64,000 nucleotides of DNA from an uncultured virus (IMG/VR IMGVR_UViG_3300017971_000213) (lineage: Duplodnaviria; Heunggongvirae; Uroviricota; Caudoviricetes): positions 62,001 to 126,000 of IMG/VR virus record IMGVR_UViG_3300017971_000213; one strand, given 5' to 3'. Below the pieces are notes generated by a model, which did no database searches, was not told the origin of the DNA, and worked only from the letters and a program-made list of their open reading frames with translations. The position numbers and the translations under genes are program-made. This document shows, piece after piece, positions 59,951 to 64,000 of this stretch (positions are counted from its first letter, which is position 1; every line of letters starts with the position of its first letter).

Positions 59951-62900
59951 TCAGTCCTTCCTCTTCGCACCCTCGATGATCATGAGTGCGTACGCGACAG
60001 CCCGACGGTACTCGATCTCTCCCTGTTCCCCGAGAGCCACAGAGCGTGAGCATTCCAGCAACCGACCCTCAATCCTGTCGACGACCTTCTTCCACTTTGC
60101 CCTATCGTGCCAGCGTGTCGCAACCTTGAGCCGAGAGGACTTGTCCAGAAGGTCACGCCCGGCGTCAAGAGCTTCTGCGGCCGACTTGAGCACCTCTCGC
60201 GCCGCCAGTTCCACGTCTTCGTCGTAGAAACTCACTTCAGCCATTATCTCTCCGCTGGTACTCACCGCACCATTCGTCATCTTTGACGGGAGGCCAACCT
60301 GAGACGACATGCTTGGACGTGATGAATGATGGCCTGAAGGACTTCCGGAATTCATCTTTGGTCGCGCCGTACACTGGCCACGTCATGCGCGGCGACTTCT
60401 TATGGCACTCGTTGTTGCGGCAGAAGCGGCAGTTCTTGCAGCTTTCTTTATCGACTTTTCTTTTGGTCATCGTCTTCCTCCTCGGGCGCGTGAGTGGGGG
60501 CGGTGTTGAGTTGCTCGCGAATCTGCTGGGCACACTCGCGGGGCGACCACTCTCGGCACCGTGGCCTCTCACACAACCTGGCGGCTTCCTCTAGAGCGTC
60601 GGACCTCGCCGCCGCCAACGTCGCCCGCGCCTCGTCCCGCTCGCGCTCCAACTCTGCGATCTGCTCGTCTACGCAATCTCCGCAACGGCAACGCGGGCCT
60701 GCTAATGCGCCGTGCCTCATGCAGGTGTACTCCATCTCAGTCCTCCTCGACAATGACCGTATAGCCGCTGCGGGACTCGGTACCAATGCGGTCTGGGCGC
60801 ACCCAAGTCTTAGAGGTCCCCCAGTTGACCCGTACACGACCGAGGTGTTCAACATCAGAACCCTTTTCGATCACCGCCCCCTTCCGGTAGCTACACCGGG
60901 GATCGTTGTCCTGGATGACCATACCGATCTTGACATCTTCGAACTTCATTCACGCGCTCCTTACTCTACGTAGCATAGTCCCCCACCCATCCCGCCAGTA
61001 CACAGCAAGCCCACTACACCGACGAATATCAGCGTCCCGGACACGCCTCCCCACCAGTAGGTGAAGATTTGGTCCTGTCTGCGCGCTGGGTGGATGAACG
61101 CAAAGGGGATGAGGCAGAACGGGAGCGCAGCGGCACCCAAGTAGCCGAGTATGAACGACCACCCGAACAAGGTACGTAGCAGTTCCACGGCCCCTACTCC
61201 CCCTTCAGCGACTGGTCGTCCTCAGTCCCGAGGATGACATCCAGATCGTCCCAGACAATCGCCTGGAGCGGCCCCCTGTTCAGCTCCGCCCACTTCCTCA
61301 CCTCGGATAGCCTTGAGCGCACCTCGGTCACCTCGCGCTCGGCTGCGGAAAGCTTGTCCCGCGTTTCGCCATGCCACTTGACCTCATAGCCGTGGTCGCG
61401 CTTCCACCCGTCCCGCTCGCGCAGCGCGTCTCTATACCATGGTGACTTTTTGACGCACTCCTCGCATACGTAGTCGTTGTGCTTCCCAAACAGCTTGCTG
61501 TCGTCGTGCGGATATGTTTTGCAGATCGCGCAGTATTTATCGCTCATCGTCTTGCTCCTCGGGCGCGGGGGTGGTGAGGATGCAGCCTAATTCTAACCAA
61601 TCTTGTTGTGTCAAGCCCCCGTAAACCAGTGGGCTGCGTTTCTTCTTCCACTCCCTCACCGCCTCCAGCTTCGCCTCTGCTCTCTCGGTGCGCGCGCGGA
61701 GTCGTACATTTTCGTCAAACATCCTGGTGTAGTCGTCCTCCCAGCACTCGCACGAATAGGCCAGGTCATCGCATGCTTCCCGTGCCTCGTCTCGCTCGCG
61801 CTCGGCTTTTAAGGCACGTTCGCGCATAGTGTCCAACGCATCTTCTTTTGTCACATGGTATGACATCTCAGTCCTCCTCGGGCACGTCGAGCGCAAGAAA
61901 TGCAACTGCCCAATCTCCCGGTCCCGCTCCTCGATCACGCGCGCATCAGCAGCCCTCACTGCTGCCACGGCATCGGCCAGAGACAGGTGCTCGTGATCGC
62001 GCCCGATACTCTCGGAGTATACGCGAGCTATCTCCCGGTCCCGCTCCTCTACGGCAGCGAGGGCGCGGAGTATGTCTTCATTCGTCCACTCGCAACAATC
62101 GTCTGGCTCCTCTGTAGCGTACTGCCGGTACTCTACGATCTCCTCCGCCGTCAGCGGCTTGTATTCAGTCATCGCGCATCCCCACACTTCCGCATCTCCC
62201 GATGCCCCTGCACCCACTCCTGGAGAGTCTTCTCACGGTACTTGCCGTGGTACTGTGCAAACCACAGCGCCACCTCTTCTAGAGTGACACGACGTTCGAC
62301 CTCGGGACCGAGACGAAGCAGCTCTCCCTCAATGGACTCGATGACATCTGCGGGAGCGTTTTCCGTCATCCACATCAGCGCGTTGCTTAGATCCATCTCG
62401 GTTCTCCTCGTCTACGGCGACAATCACCCCCACCCACTCATTGGGGTAGTTGAAACGCAGATCACGAACGTTTCCAATGAGCACTCCGTCAACTGACGCG
62501 CTGCCGTCGTCCTTCCCTGAAAAAGAAATCCCCACCTTGAGTGGACCGTGACTGCGAAAGTCGTCCCTACTGTGATAGGTGTGACGGTTGGCGTAGGTCA
62601 CGACAGGCAGCTCGGGGTCCACCTGCCTGAGCACCTCAATCAGTTCCTTGACCTTCATCTCAGCCCTCCTCGCTCGTGGCCAGTGCGTAGACCATCTCGG
62701 GCACGGTACACTTCTCCTCCGAAGGCCAAGGCCACTCGGCCTTCTTGAAGCACTCGGGACAGATACGATGGCCAGACTGAACACCGTCGGCGGCCTTCGC
62801 CATGCGACCACACCTCGAACAAACCCAAAGAGGTCCTCCGAGCAACTTCGACAATCGCTCCAGGGTATCTTGGTTCAGAACGCTGAAGCGGCTCTCGTGT

Positions 62901-63130
62901 TCGAGTATATTCTGACGCTCTGTGAGGCCCTGCACCATCCGTTCCAGCGCCCGCCTCTCCTGTGAGGCCTGCTGGTGCATATCTCGGAGAGTCAGGCAGC
63001 GGGCCTGGAGATTGGCAACACTCAGCTTCAAGCCCTCGCGGTCTTTGATCGTCGCGCGCAGCGCCGCCGACATTGCATCGATCTCATCGAGGATCTCAGC
63101 CTTGGTCCGTCTGTCCTTCGCATCACCCAT
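59951..63130 (-). other. String of small hypothetical CDSs (59951-60244, 60237-60470, 60448-60735, 60737-60949, 60961-61188, 61194-61547, 61537-62172, 62169-62396, 62329-62658, 62660-63130)
   Basis: Co-directional, RBS-bearing, stop/start-coupled ORFs; several are coiled-coil with Zn fingers. Confidence 0.6.
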
Positions 63131-63234
63131 CTCAGTCCTCCTTCTTCATCCGCAGCAGATCCGTACCGCCACCGGAAAACCGAACATTGCCCATCGTTTC
63201 GATCCTCCGTACCAGATCACGTACGACCCTCTAT

Positions 63235-63264
63235 GCTATATCATAGGTCCAAGGTTCCTGTCAA
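63235..63264 (-). promoter_or_regulatory. Sigma70-like promoter (early class) beyond the CRISPR trailer
   Basis: TTGACA-N18-TATAGC. Confidence 0.6.
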
Positions 63265-63302
63265 GCAGAAATCTTCTCACTGTCACAGACCATTCCACTA
63301 CC

Positions 63303-64000
63303 GTCGAGACTTCTAAACCGTCTCACAGACATCGAGGGGATCGGCCAGTCGAGACTTCTAAACCGTCTCGCAGGTATTGTAAGCTGAGGCGATGAACCGT
63401 ATTGCCAACACGGCCCGACAGTCGAGACTTCTAAACCGTCTCGCAGGTATTGGAAGCCCGCGAGAGTGAGCGCGTCTCCAGATGAGGCCAAGACGTCGAG
63501 ACTTCTAAACCGTCTCGCAGGTATTGGAAGGGCCTCATGGTAGAGGATGTTGTCGGCGCGGTTGGGGGTCGAGACTTCTAAACCGTCTCGCAGGTATTGT
63601 AAGAAGAGCAACGGGCGAAGTGAGGGTACCAAGCACTTTGCGTCGAGACTTCTAAACCGTCTCGCAGGTATTGGAAGGGCGATCCCGAAAAAGATCGCGG
63701 CTTGGCCTCTCAGTCGAGACTTCTAAACCGTCTCGCAGGTATTGTAAGAACTGCGTGTTCGGGCTCCAGCTCAACCCGGCCTCTCAGTCGAGACTTCTAA
63801 ACCGTCTCGCAGGTATTGTAAGCTCCGCGCGACGGAAGGGTAACGTCTACATCACCACGTCGAGACTTCTAAACCGTCTCGCAGGTATTGTAAGAGTGGA
63901 CTGGCAACCACTCCAACGGAGAGTGGCGTCCGTCGAGACCTCTAAACCGTCTCGCAGGTATTGTAAACAAGGGACGGTGCGCGCCCTGGGCCAGGCCTCC
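63303..64000 (-). CRISPR. CRISPR array, 36-bp repeat, 9 full repeats plus 1 truncated; continues past the window edge
   Basis: Plus-strand repeat GTCGAGACTTCTAAACCGTCTCGCAGGTATTG(T/G)AAG at 63348, 63421, 63495, 63568, 63642, 63713, 63787, 63859 and 63932; spacers 35-38 bp; truncated copy at 63303. Strand is inferred. Confidence 0.97.

Noticed and set aside
46100..63300. cas genes near the array
   Set aside because: No ORF with RuvC, Cas1/2, RAMP or HD motifs; the 147-aa HNH protein is a typical free-standing phage HNH.
63261..63632. 123-aa ORF in the CRISPR array
   Set aside because: Translation of repeats and spacers.

Overview
This window is part of a large, GC-rich tailed dsDNA bacteriophage genome. 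Almost all CDSs are on the minus strand. From left to right it contains: (1) a head and packaging module (1-22.6 kb) with a scaffold-like protein, prohead protease, MuF-like protein, a portal carrying two LAGLIDADG inteins, beta-helix/fibre proteins and a large terminase; (2) an AT-rich, hairpin-rich intergenic region (about 22.62-23.08 kb); (3) a decoration/fibre module (25-36 kb) with a GT2-TPR glycosyltransferase and two Gly-X-Thr collagen-like proteins; (4) accessory genes including an ABC-type ATPase, LexA-like and Fis-like DNA-binding proteins and a thymidylate kinase; (5) a plus-strand cluster of 14 tRNA genes (44.7-46.1 kb); (6) many small early genes (ATP-grasp, Imm-like, RHH, DnaJ-like, HNH); and (7) a CRISPR array running off the right edge. 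The array repeat, read on the minus strand, has a type V (Cas12m/V-U1-like) hairpin architecture, but no cas gene lies in the window. Three recurrent promoter-like motif classes are visible. All functional calls come from motif recognition by eye; no database searches were run.
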